A DNA stretch of 64,000 nucleotides. Source: Candidatus Poribacteria bacterium (GTDB lineage: Bacteria > Poribacteria > WGA-4E > WGA-3G). Shown here in pieces: positions 49,287-58,190 of the stretch (its first letter is position 1; each line of letters opens with the position of its first letter). Position numbers and translations under genes: made by a program. The notes under the pieces were generated by a model that made no database searches, was not told the DNA's origin, and saw only the letters and a program-made list of their open reading frames with translations. Where the stretch lies: NCBI GenBank assembly GCA_965205015.1, contig OZ242029.1, positions 455,937-519,936 of the forward strand, given 5' to 3'.

Positions 49287-49775
49287 GTGTCCAATACACA
49301 GACATGGCACATTCGACACGCTCTACCGAGTGAAGTTGAGTATTTGAGTGGACTCGCATTCCGTTCCAAGTCGTATTGGGGCTATTCCGACCGATTTATG
49401 CAGGCATGCCTTGAGGAACTCACGGTTGACGAGTGCTACATTGAGAACAACCCTACTTTTGTGATTGAAGCTGCAGGAAACCTCGTAGGATTCTATGCGT
49501 TAGAACACATCTCTGCTGTCGAAGCAGAATTGAGTTTTCTATTTGTTGACCCAACCTTTATTGGAAAAGGTTACGGTCGAAAGTTAATGATGCACGCGCA
49601 AGAAAAAGCACGGCACCTCGGATACAGTAAAATGATTATTCAAGGAGACCCGAACGCCGAACGATTCTATCGCTCAGCGGGAGGTTCGGTAGTCGGCACA
49701 AGGAAGTCTGCGAGTATTCCCAATCGTGAACTTCCTATATTCTGTATCAATTTGAAAGAATCAGACAAATCCTAA
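49287..49775 (+). CDS. GNAT-family N-acetyltransferase
   Basis: VGFYALEH...LFVDPTFIGKGYGRKLMMHAQEKARHLG is motif A. A GTG start at 49287 is preceded by AAAGGAG. Confidence 0.75.
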   Translation: MSNTQTWHIRHALPSEVEYLSGLAFRSKSYWGYSDRFMQACLEELTVDECYIENNPTFVIEAAGNLVGFYALEHISAVEAELSFLFVDPTFIGKGYGRKLMMHAQEKARHLGYSKMIIQGDPNAERFYRSAGGSVVGTRKSASIPNRELPIFCINLKESDKS

Positions 49776-49845
49776 GGAGTGTGCACAAAGCGATAACCGA
49801 AATATAGACTGAAGATTGTCGTTTCCATTTTTAAATCTCGTTGAA

Positions 49846-49884
49846 GCCTTATGCACACCGATCCCGGCAGCATAAGGTTTTTTT
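49846..49884 (+). terminator. Rho-independent terminator ending the 9-gene plus-strand block
   Basis: CCTTATGC ... GCATAAGG (8-bp stem) followed by TTTTTTT. Confidence 0.6.
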
Positions 49885-50148
49885 GTCAGTTCACAGATTT
49901 CCAAAATTTACGACTATATCGCAAAACGCAATTCCCACGCGCCGTTTTGTTTCTCCGAAATATAGGCAATCGGCAATTTATTCTGTTTCAAGCACTTACC
50001 TCACGAAACAATTCCAAAAAATCCATTTTTTTTTATAAGATGCACGTTTTCTATCCCAAAATTTTGTCTTTAATAATTAAGTGCACAGTGATACAAACGT
50101 GTTGGATTTTTGAATTTTAGAAAACCGACATTCAAGGAGTCGTAAAAA

Positions 50149-51918
50149 ATGTCAACAGAGAATCCAAAGGCTGTTGGAAAGCGATTTTTAAAAGGTGTTT
50201 TCCGATACTGGCCCCAGATTGTTAAAACCACGTTGTGCATGACTGTAATGGTGGGTTTCTCGCTGCTGATACCTCTTTTTACAAAATTGGTAATAGACAG
50301 AGCGATCACACAACAGGACCAAAAATTGCTCTGGATCGTCTGCCTTGGCGGTGTTGGTTCCATCTGCGTGTATGTTTTACTTTCTCTTATACGTGACCGA
50401 TTCTATATCTATACGACAAGGCGGATCCTGCTCGATTTCCGGAATCGGTTTTTCCAACACCTCCTGCGGCTTCCGATGCCGAGTCTCACCAAAAGGCAAA
50501 CGGGGGAGTATGGTTCGATGGTCATTAACGATGTAGATGCGATTCTGACGAGTGCAACGTATAATGTCCTTCATTTCTTTACAGACACGCTGTCAGCGGC
50601 CGCCATTATCACGATAATGTTTTACTTCAATTGGAGGTTGGCACTGATCGCACTGATTGTTGTTCCGCTTAATGGACTCACTTACGTCTACTTTCGACCG
50701 CATTTTCATAAGGCGACCCTAAAGAGACAAGAAGCGACAGCGGCGACGTTCTCATACGTGCAGCAAACTTTATCAGCGATTCGACTGGTAAAGTCCTTTT
50801 CGGCAGAGAAACATCATAACCGCTCCTTCTTTCGAGAATCCAAATTGTTGCTTTTTGCCCAAGCAAAGGTCTCGGTTTTAGAATCGATTGCTGGTAACAT
50901 TAGTCAGTTCGTGGTAAGAACGCAACCCATCGTGATTATCTGCTTTGGCGGTCTGGAAGTCTTAGAAAACCGATTGACGATCGGTGAGTTGGTTGCCTTC
51001 TCGGCATATCTTGAATACCTGTCTGCTCCCGTATATCGTATCCTCCACTTCCACCTTGGACTCGCCGCGACGAAAGCGGTCCTCCAGCGTCTTTTCCAAG
51101 TTCTTGATTTACCGGATGAACACAATGGAAACGAAGATCTGGAAAAGAAAAAACTTGACGACGTCGTCGGGCAGATTCAGTTTCAGTCTGTACGTTTTGC
51201 ATATCAAGAGGTTGAAGTTCTTAAAGACATCAATTTGGAGGTCCGTCCAGGTAGCATTGTCGCGCTTGTTGGACCTTCGGGTTCCGGCAAAACCACACTG
51301 ACGAATCTAATTCCTCGCCTGTATGAACCGAATGCCGGTCGTCTTCTGCTTGATGGACATGATTTGCAAACTTTAGACCTGAAATTCCTAAGACAGCAGA
51401 TCGGCATTGTGCCACAAGAACCGGTTCTCTTTGATGTGAGTATCAAAGATAATATCCGATATGGGTGTCCCTCCGCAACAGACGAGGCCGTCTACGCCGC
51501 AGCGCAAGCTGCGAATATACACGAGTTCATTGTGTCTCTGCCGGACGGATACGAGACGCAGATCGGTGAACGCGGTTTCAAGTTGTCTGGTGGTCAAAAA
51601 CAGCGCGTCGCGATTGCCATGGCAATCTTGAAAAATCCAAAAATTTTAATCTTGGATGAGGCAACGAGCGCGCTGGATTCACAATCCGAGACACTCATCC
51701 AAGAGGCACTCCAAAATGTCATGAAACAGCGGACGACCTTTGTGATCGCTCACCGCCTCTCTACAATCCAGAATGCAGACCAGATTGTGGTTATGGATCA
51801 GGGAGAGATCGTCGAAGTTGGAAGTCATTCTGAACTGTTAGCGTCCGGCAAACTCTATAGTCAATTATATCGTGAGCAGTTCAAATCGCTCTTAGATTCA
51901 CCAGAAAGGAACGTCTAA
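50149..51918 (+). CDS. ABC transporter permease/ATP-binding fusion protein (MsbA-like exporter)
   Basis: 6 TM, Walker A GPSGSGKTT, signature LSGGQKQR and Walker B ILILDEATSALD. AAGGAG precedes the ATG. Confidence 0.85.
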   Translation: MSTENPKAVGKRFLKGVFRYWPQIVKTTLCMTVMVGFSLLIPLFTKLVIDRAITQQDQKLLWIVCLGGVGSICVYVLLSLIRDRFYIYTTRRILLDFRNRFFQHLLRLPMPSLTKRQTGEYGSMVINDVDAILTSATYNVLHFFTDTLSAAAIITIMFYFNWRLALIALIVVPLNGLTYVYFRPHFHKATLKRQEATAATFSYVQQTLSAIRLVKSFSAEKHHNRSFFRESKLLLFAQAKVSVLESIAGNISQFVVRTQPIVIICFGGLEVLENRLTIGELVAFSAYLEYLSAPVYRILHFHLGLAATKAVLQRLFQVLDLPDEHNGNEDLEKKKLDDVVGQIQFQSVRFAYQEVEVLKDINLEVRPGSIVALVGPSGSGKTTLTNLIPRLYEPNAGRLLLDGHDLQTLDLKFLRQQIGIVPQEPVLFDVSIKDNIRYGCPSATDEAVYAAAQAANIHEFIVSLPDGYETQIGERGFKLSGGQKQRVAIAMAILKNPKILILDEATSALDSQSETLIQEALQNVMKQRTTFVIAHRLSTIQNADQIVVMDQGEIVEVGSHSELLASGKLYSQLYREQFKSLLDSPERNV

Positions 51919-52129
51919 GCGGAAACATTCTGATGTACCAATTATTGTTAAGAATTTTTACCAACTTTGGGAGTTAAGATATACAGAAATCTCAGAAGAC
52001 TATCTGGCAATGCGCAAGGAATTCGCTGAAATGTATGGGCAGGACGAGGTTTTTCTGAGTCGTTTTCCGCGCCCGGTGCCGGAGTCGCTTAGAATATCAG
52101 ACACTCCGAATTAATTTAGGATAAAAGAA

Positions 52130-54118
52130 TTGATGATTTACTTCACGTCCTATTGGAAAATTTTACTGAGTGCTATGGCTTTTTTCATAGCGACACACCT
52201 CGTTGCCGAGTCTCAGACGATAGAAGCGATTAAACTTCACACGCCTCCGACGATTGATGGTAAACTTGATGATGCGTGTTGGCAACGCGTGACAGCGGTC
52301 GACGCATTTAAAGTTGCGGAGTTGGAGACCACAGTGCCAGACAAAACGGAAGTCTATCTCGGATTCGATGACGAAGCCCTCTATGTCGGTTTTCGTTGTG
52401 TTCAAGAAGCAGCATCCATCATTGCGAACCAGACGCGAAGGGACGGGAGCTTTCAATATGAGGACCATGTTGCCATATATCTCGATACACATCATGACCG
52501 CCGGCGTTCCTATTGCTTTGCTGTGAGTCCCCTTGGCATACAACGCGACGAAAAACAGGGTGACTTGGGGTGGGATGGCGAATGGAGTGCCGCTGCAATC
52601 ATAGAACCGTCCGTGTGGACGGTCGAGATGAAAATCCCTTACGACATACTTGATATGCCGCAGGCTGCGAAACAGACATGGGGACTTAACCTCGTGCGCC
52701 GTCATCAAAACCTCGATCGGACCAGTATCTGGGCGGACACGGGTGTTAACGTTTCTGACGCGAATCAATTCGGGACGTTGACGAATCTTGAATTCAATCC
52801 CCAAGATACTGGAAAGAAGTTCCAGATCGGTGGGTACTTCTCCGGTAAAGCTGAGGATTTCTCAACAACAGAAGATCTCTCAAGGCGATTAACAGCGACG
52901 GTCGGTGGGGATGTCTCCTATAAACTAACACCCAGTACCGCTTTCATTGGCACAGTGAACCCCGACTTTAGCCATATTGAGTCGGAGGTTCAGGGAATCG
53001 TTTTGTCCGATCTGGAGCAACGCTTAACCGACCGACGTCCCTTCTTTCAGGAAGACGGACGAATTTTCAGAGCACCTATTGCCCTTTTTTACAGTCGACG
53101 CATCGGTGAGATGGCATACGGGGCGAAACTCATCGGTAAAACTGGAAAAGCAACGTACGGATTGATGAATGTCAAAGAGACAGCGGATGAGAGTCACAAC
53201 GTTTTGCTACGCGGACTTTGGGACGCAGGCAATGCATCCTCACTGGGACTCTTTTTCGCCTCGAAAGAGATACCGGGGTCGTATAACAGGTCCGTCGCTC
53301 TTGATGGCTCCGTTCGTTTACCGAAGGCACTGAACTTTGTTACATCCTATGCAGGAAATTGGGAACCGCATCAGGAAAACACACGTGCCTTCATCGCGGA
53401 AGTCAAGCGGAAAGGCAACCCCATTTTGAGTCTCGTCTATCGCGACTTCTCGGGAGGCTTCAATCCTGTCAATGGCTACGTTCGGCTCACGGACATTCGG
53501 CAACCAAGTTTCTGGGGGGTGTATCGTTGGCCCGTCGAGAAAGGCTTTTTGCGAAGCGTTAACTTCGAGTCTGTCCAATCTGTGACGTGGAATCAAGACG
53601 GCGAAAAAACACGAGGCAACCACTTTCAACTGATCGGTTTCGATCTGGGAGAAAAGATAGAGACGGGATTCTTTTACAGAAACTGGTCTTATGATGTTCA
53701 CTCGAACTGGATAGTGGCAGCACAGACAACATATAACCGTCAGAGACCTGACCGCATTTTTGTCGTCTATCAACACGGCGAGTTTGAGGGTGCCACGGCA
53801 ACATTTGTTACGACAGCGATGAACTTAATCCCGTTCCGCTTTTTGTCGGTAGGTATTGAAGGCGAAAATCTCTGGCAGACGTTTCCAGACGGACGCAAGA
53901 CTCGCAATTTTTCTGTTCGTGCAAGCATGAATCTTGAGATAGGAACCGAAAGGTGGGTAACGGTTCGGCTGCGTTCAGCACGTGAACATAAACCGAATTT
54001 CAATGCGGTCTTTAAATATACTTTTATTGAAAATCTTGTGTTATACATTGTCTACGGGGACCAGCACGCCCCTGAGACAATCAACCAACTCTTTACAAAA
54101 ATTGCCTTCAATTGGTAA
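52130..54118 (+). CDS. Secreted CBM9-like/DOMON-like + DUF5916 beta-barrel protein (paralogue of 27849-30002)
   Basis: A signal peptide and N-terminal IDGKLDDACWQRVTAVDAF...LYVGFRC...WTVEMKIPY. Confidence 0.6.
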   Translation: MMIYFTSYWKILLSAMAFFIATHLVAESQTIEAIKLHTPPTIDGKLDDACWQRVTAVDAFKVAELETTVPDKTEVYLGFDDEALYVGFRCVQEAASIIANQTRRDGSFQYEDHVAIYLDTHHDRRRSYCFAVSPLGIQRDEKQGDLGWDGEWSAAAIIEPSVWTVEMKIPYDILDMPQAAKQTWGLNLVRRHQNLDRTSIWADTGVNVSDANQFGTLTNLEFNPQDTGKKFQIGGYFSGKAEDFSTTEDLSRRLTATVGGDVSYKLTPSTAFIGTVNPDFSHIESEVQGIVLSDLEQRLTDRRPFFQEDGRIFRAPIALFYSRRIGEMAYGAKLIGKTGKATYGLMNVKETADESHNVLLRGLWDAGNASSLGLFFASKEIPGSYNRSVALDGSVRLPKALNFVTSYAGNWEPHQENTRAFIAEVKRKGNPILSLVYRDFSGGFNPVNGYVRLTDIRQPSFWGVYRWPVEKGFLRSVNFESVQSVTWNQDGEKTRGNHFQLIGFDLGEKIETGFFYRNWSYDVHSNWIVAAQTTYNRQRPDRIFVVYQHGEFEGATATFVTTAMNLIPFRFLSVGIEGENLWQTFPDGRKTRNFSVRASMNLEIGTERWVTVRLRSAREHKPNFNAVFKYTFIENLVLYIVYGDQHAPETINQLFTKIAFNW

Positions 54119-54206
54119 TTCACCTTATAATCAGATTGTATAAACCGTTCTAATTAAATCTATTGTCGAGTGCGGACACTCGAACCTACAGTTTAGGGGG
54201 TTTCTG

Positions 54207-57185
54207 GTGGAAAGAGAAAATGATGCGCAACTCATTCAAGATACGTTGGCCGGTAATGATGAAGCCTTTAATGCCTTGGTGCGAAAGTACCAAAAGAGCG
54301 TTCACGCCCTTGCCTGGCGAAAAATCGGTGATTTTCAGGACGCTGAGGAGGTAACCCAAGACACTTTCCTTCGCGCATACAAAAACCTCTCAACGCTCAA
54401 GAATCCTCATCAATTCGCTGGATGGCTGTATGTCATTGCAAACCGGCTTTGTCTCAATTGGATTCAAAAACAGAAATCTGCCATACAATCCTTAGAGGAC
54501 ACGCCTATGAAAGAAATCGAGAATGCGTCGTATACACATTATGAATCCGAGCGACGTGAAACAGCAGCCGGCGAGTATCGCCTTGAACGCGCCAAAAAAC
54601 TGCTCGCAAAACTGCCGGAGAGTGAACGCACTGTCGTCACCCTCTACTATCTTGGTGAGATGACCACTCGGGAGATTAGCAGATTCTTGGGAGTGTCCGT
54701 AAACACCATCACCAGTCGCCTCCAGCGCGGACGAAAGCGTTTACAAGACAATCAAGAACATCTCATCAAAGAAGTCCTCGGCGGCAGACAGATACCGGCG
54801 CGTTTAAGCGAGGGCATCAAGCGGCAAATCGCCGATATGAAACCCACACCTTCGCCCGCTGGAAAACCGCTGTTACCCTGGAGTGCTTTCGGCACGGCTG
54901 TGGTCGTAATTATATTGATGCTCGGGGTTAGCAGCCGATATCTTGTCCGCTTTCAGAGACCCTACAACTTCGAGGCACAATCTGAACCGACCATTGAAAT
55001 CATTGAGGCACCTATCGTTTTTGATGTCAAATCGAAACCCGATGTGCGAAAGCAGGTCGGACGCACAACATCCTCAGACAAAAGCATGGGAGCCAGCCTG
55101 CAGCCTTTTGAGGACGTTTCAACATCTAATGTACAAGACGATTCCGCTAAATTTTCCAGAGCACAGTGGATACAGGGAAATACACCACCAGGGGGGCATG
55201 TCCGCAACATCTTCGCTGGACCTGAAGGCACGCTGTATGCTGTTTCACCAACAGGGTTGTACAGATTTACAGTCGGTGCGACCGCATGGACACGCATGAA
55301 CGCAAATGTCCCGATTGATAAATCTTTCATGCCGATGGCAGCATCTAAAGGTACCCTTTATATCGTCTCTGTCGATGAAATATTTACCTCGGGTGACAGA
55401 GGTGAGACGTGGAATCCGATAGGTTCTCGACCCAAGGGATATGCTGTTGGGCTTATCATCAGGGATTCACTACATACGCCGATTACGATGTATCTTGCAC
55501 TCCAAGATAAAGGAGTTTTCCGTTCTACAGACGAGGGCATAAAATGGGATACCCTCAATGACGGACTGAGAAACGAAAGGATTTCTGCCATAGCGGCCGT
55601 TGGAGAAATAGTGTTTGTTGGTACGAACCGCGGCCTCTACCGCCTCGATTCAGATATTTGGAAAAAGTTGCCGGTCGGTGCGTCACAAACCGTCTATTCC
55701 TTGGCAGTCTTTAATAATAATCTCTATGTTGCCACGGGACCTGATCTACCCCATCACGACTCAGATATTTGGAAAAAGTTGCCGGTAGATGCGTCACAAA
55801 CCGTCTATTCCTTGGCAGTCTTTAACAATAATCTTCATGCTGAAACAGGTCCCTATCGACTCGGATTCACGCCAATAAAGGTAGGGAAACCAGAGGCCCC
55901 GAAAAGCGAGTCACATTCAGTTAGAATCTTCCACTCGGCTGACTTGGGAGCGTCATGGACCGAAATAACGCATATAGATAAAACTGACTCGCAGGCGGAA
56001 GCATCCGGTATAACCATTTTAGCTGCCGGTAAAACGATCTTAGCCCTGGGAGCCACACAATCTCGTTCGACAGATGGTGGACATACATGGACAGAGTTTG
56101 AAATTGACACGGATAGGCACATGACCCACAGTCTTCCGGTATCCGTAGCGGCGAACGAGACGACATTTTACAAAGCGGGTGCATCCGGTATTCATCGCAC
56201 CACTGATAGCGGTAAATCGTGGCATCTATTTATGGATGGAATAGCAGGAACACGGGCAAACAACCTGATTGTTTTCAACAACAGATTATATGCCCATACC
56301 GGCTACGAAGTTTATCAATCAACAGATGAAGGTGGGACTTGGAAAAAACTTTCGATCGCCAGGGAGCCTGCTACGAAGGAGACGCCGTCTGACCCCTTAA
56401 AACAGGACAGGTTAGGCGTCTATACCTCTTTCGATTCACAGTTAATGGTTGACGGTAACACACTTTATTTTGTTTCACCTGAAAGGCACCTCTTGCGAAT
56501 TTACCGTTTATCTGCAGACGGCAATACGCTCATCCCAGTTCAAGACTTTTCGACTTCTGATCATGAATCCGTATCTTCTCTGCCTGAAAAAGAGATGAAA
56601 GTCAAAGCGATTGTCGTCAGTAACAGTGTGTTCTACGCGGAATACAGACAAAGACTTTTCAAACGGAAACTCGGAGATCCGAAATGGACAGATACCGGAC
56701 TGATAAACACTGATAAACCGCCGAATGCGAATACTGGTTTCAAGGTAGCAATTTCAGAAGAAACCGTCTACGTCGGTAAGCGAGATGGTCGACTGTTTCA
56801 ATCGCTGGATAACGGAAAAAACTGGAAAGACATTACGCTGAGTCTGCCCCTTCGCTTTACGCACTTCAACGAGATCCTCTTTGTCGGTTCAACGGTTTAT
56901 GTCGCAACAGACGCAGGTGTTTTGGCTTCACAAACCGGCGAACACTGGCATGTAATCACTGATAACTTCGGAGAGCGTCCCATTATAGACAAATTTGCTA
57001 TAGAGGGTATCACCGTTTACAGTGCTGGCGATGCGGGCGTCTACCGTCTGGATAAACTCGGTAAATGGAAGCAGATTTCCTCAGAAGTTTTAGGTGAAGT
57101 TATTTCGCTCGCCGTCATTAACAATCGACTCTATACCGCCATTAATGCGCGCGGGATTTTTCATATCTCACTCGGTGAAGAATAG
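54207..57185 (+). CDS. ECF sigma factor fused via a single TM helix to a large extracytoplasmic BNR/Asp-box beta-propeller domain
   Basis: The first ~190 aa carry sigma region 2 (DTFLRAYKNL...WLYVIANRLCLNW) and region 4 (LGEMTTREISRFLGVSVNTITSRLQRGRKRL). A TM helix (LLPWSAFGTAVVVIILMLGV) follows at about residue 230. Downstream there are at least six S/TxDxGxxW repeats (GDRGETW, TDEGIKW, TDGGHTW, TDSGKSW, TDEGGTW, LDNGKNW). Confidence 0.75.
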   Translation: MERENDAQLIQDTLAGNDEAFNALVRKYQKSVHALAWRKIGDFQDAEEVTQDTFLRAYKNLSTLKNPHQFAGWLYVIANRLCLNWIQKQKSAIQSLEDTPMKEIENASYTHYESERRETAAGEYRLERAKKLLAKLPESERTVVTLYYLGEMTTREISRFLGVSVNTITSRLQRGRKRLQDNQEHLIKEVLGGRQIPARLSEGIKRQIADMKPTPSPAGKPLLPWSAFGTAVVVIILMLGVSSRYLVRFQRPYNFEAQSEPTIEIIEAPIVFDVKSKPDVRKQVGRTTSSDKSMGASLQPFEDVSTSNVQDDSAKFSRAQWIQGNTPPGGHVRNIFAGPEGTLYAVSPTGLYRFTVGATAWTRMNANVPIDKSFMPMAASKGTLYIVSVDEIFTSGDRGETWNPIGSRPKGYAVGLIIRDSLHTPITMYLALQDKGVFRSTDEGIKWDTLNDGLRNERISAIAAVGEIVFVGTNRGLYRLDSDIWKKLPVGASQTVYSLAVFNNNLYVATGPDLPHHDSDIWKKLPVDASQTVYSLAVFNNNLHAETGPYRLGFTPIKVGKPEAPKSESHSVRIFHSADLGASWTEITHIDKTDSQAEASGITILAAGKTILALGATQSRSTDGGHTWTEFEIDTDRHMTHSLPVSVAANETTFYKAGASGIHRTTDSGKSWHLFMDGIAGTRANNLIVFNNRLYAHTGYEVYQSTDEGGTWKKLSIAREPATKETPSDPLKQDRLGVYTSFDSQLMVDGNTLYFVSPERHLLRIYRLSADGNTLIPVQDFSTSDHESVSSLPEKEMKVKAIVVSNSVFYAEYRQRLFKRKLGDPKWTDTGLINTDKPPNANTGFKVAISEETVYVGKRDGRLFQSLDNGKNWKDITLSLPLRFTHFNEILFVGSTVYVATDAGVLASQTGEHWHVITDNFGERPIIDKFAIEGITVYSAGDAGVYRLDKLGKWKQISSEVLGEVISLAVINNRLYTAINARGIFHISLGEE
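55647..55840 (+). repeat. In-frame 111-bp tandem duplication inside the sigma-BNR gene
   Basis: Two consecutive copies start at 55647 and 55758 with about 93% identity, encoding DSDIWKKLPV(G/D)ASQTVYSLAVFNNNL... twice. Confidence 0.85.
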
Positions 57186-57209
57186 TTCACTTAATTTGGT
57201 ATTACAGAT

Positions 57210-58151
57210 ATGGATTTCATTAAAGCACTCTCCACAGATAACTTGACCGCTATCAGAGCAGCCCCTAAAACCGACGTTCATTGCCACGCATTCTTCAGTA
57301 CACGATTAGAGAATGTCGAACGTTGGATAGGGCATTCCCTAACGAAGCCACCTCCCAAGATGAAAGGGGTTGAGGGAATGATGGCGTATGCGGACGCGGT
57401 CTTAGCAGCACCCATAAAACACCGTGAAGGTTTCGAGTTTGTCGCGGTGTCAGCGATGGAGGATGCCGTCCAAGATGGTGTTATCATGCTTGAAATGAGC
57501 TTCGACATCCGTCTGGTAGGGTTCTATCCTGACGGGGTGGCTGGGCTTTGCGCGTTTATTGAGACATTGGTTGAGCGATATCGGGGACAGACAGATTTAC
57601 GTCCAGAACTCGGCTTTTCTCGTGGAGATGCTGACGATCCGAAACTGATGACATTGGCGCACGAAGCAGTAGAATTAGGTTTTTTTCGCTCAATTGATCT
57701 CTATAGCCGTCAAGAGATCTGTCCACCTGCGGTTATGAAGCCGTTGTTTACACAAGCACGCGTAGCAGGAATGAAACTTAAAGCACACGTTGGTGAATTT
57801 GAAGACGCGGAGGAAATCCGACGAACTGTTGAAGTTCTCAATTTAGACGAGGTCCAGCACGGTATCGCTGCCGCAGCATCGACAGAAGTTATGCGCTGGC
57901 TCTCGGAGAATCAGATACAATTAAACGTCTGTCCAACGAGCAACGTAATGTTGGACGGTGTGTCGGATCTCGCCTCACACCCGATTCGCGTTTTATATGA
58001 TAACGGCGTGCCGGTGACAATCAACACGGACGATCTGATGATATTCGGTCAGAGTGTCTCCGAAGAGTATCGGAACCTCTACCGTGCAGGCGTCTTCAGC
58101 GCGCAGGAGTTAGACGATATTCGACGCGTGTCCCTTGAAGTCCTTGATTGA
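57210..58151 (+). CDS. Adenosine/AMP deaminase-family metallo-dependent hydrolase (paralogue of 48319-49272)
   Basis: DVHCH, HVGEF and TINTDD motifs. The 3' 230 nt are about 90% identical at DNA level to the other copy. Confidence 0.75.
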   Translation: MDFIKALSTDNLTAIRAAPKTDVHCHAFFSTRLENVERWIGHSLTKPPPKMKGVEGMMAYADAVLAAPIKHREGFEFVAVSAMEDAVQDGVIMLEMSFDIRLVGFYPDGVAGLCAFIETLVERYRGQTDLRPELGFSRGDADDPKLMTLAHEAVELGFFRSIDLYSRQEICPPAVMKPLFTQARVAGMKLKAHVGEFEDAEEIRRTVEVLNLDEVQHGIAAAASTEVMRWLSENQIQLNVCPTSNVMLDGVSDLASHPIRVLYDNGVPVTINTDDLMIFGQSVSEEYRNLYRAGVFSAQELDDIRRVSLEVLD

Positions 58152-58190
58152 TACCCCAAAATTGGGAGGATACTTCTAAACTTGCTATGG

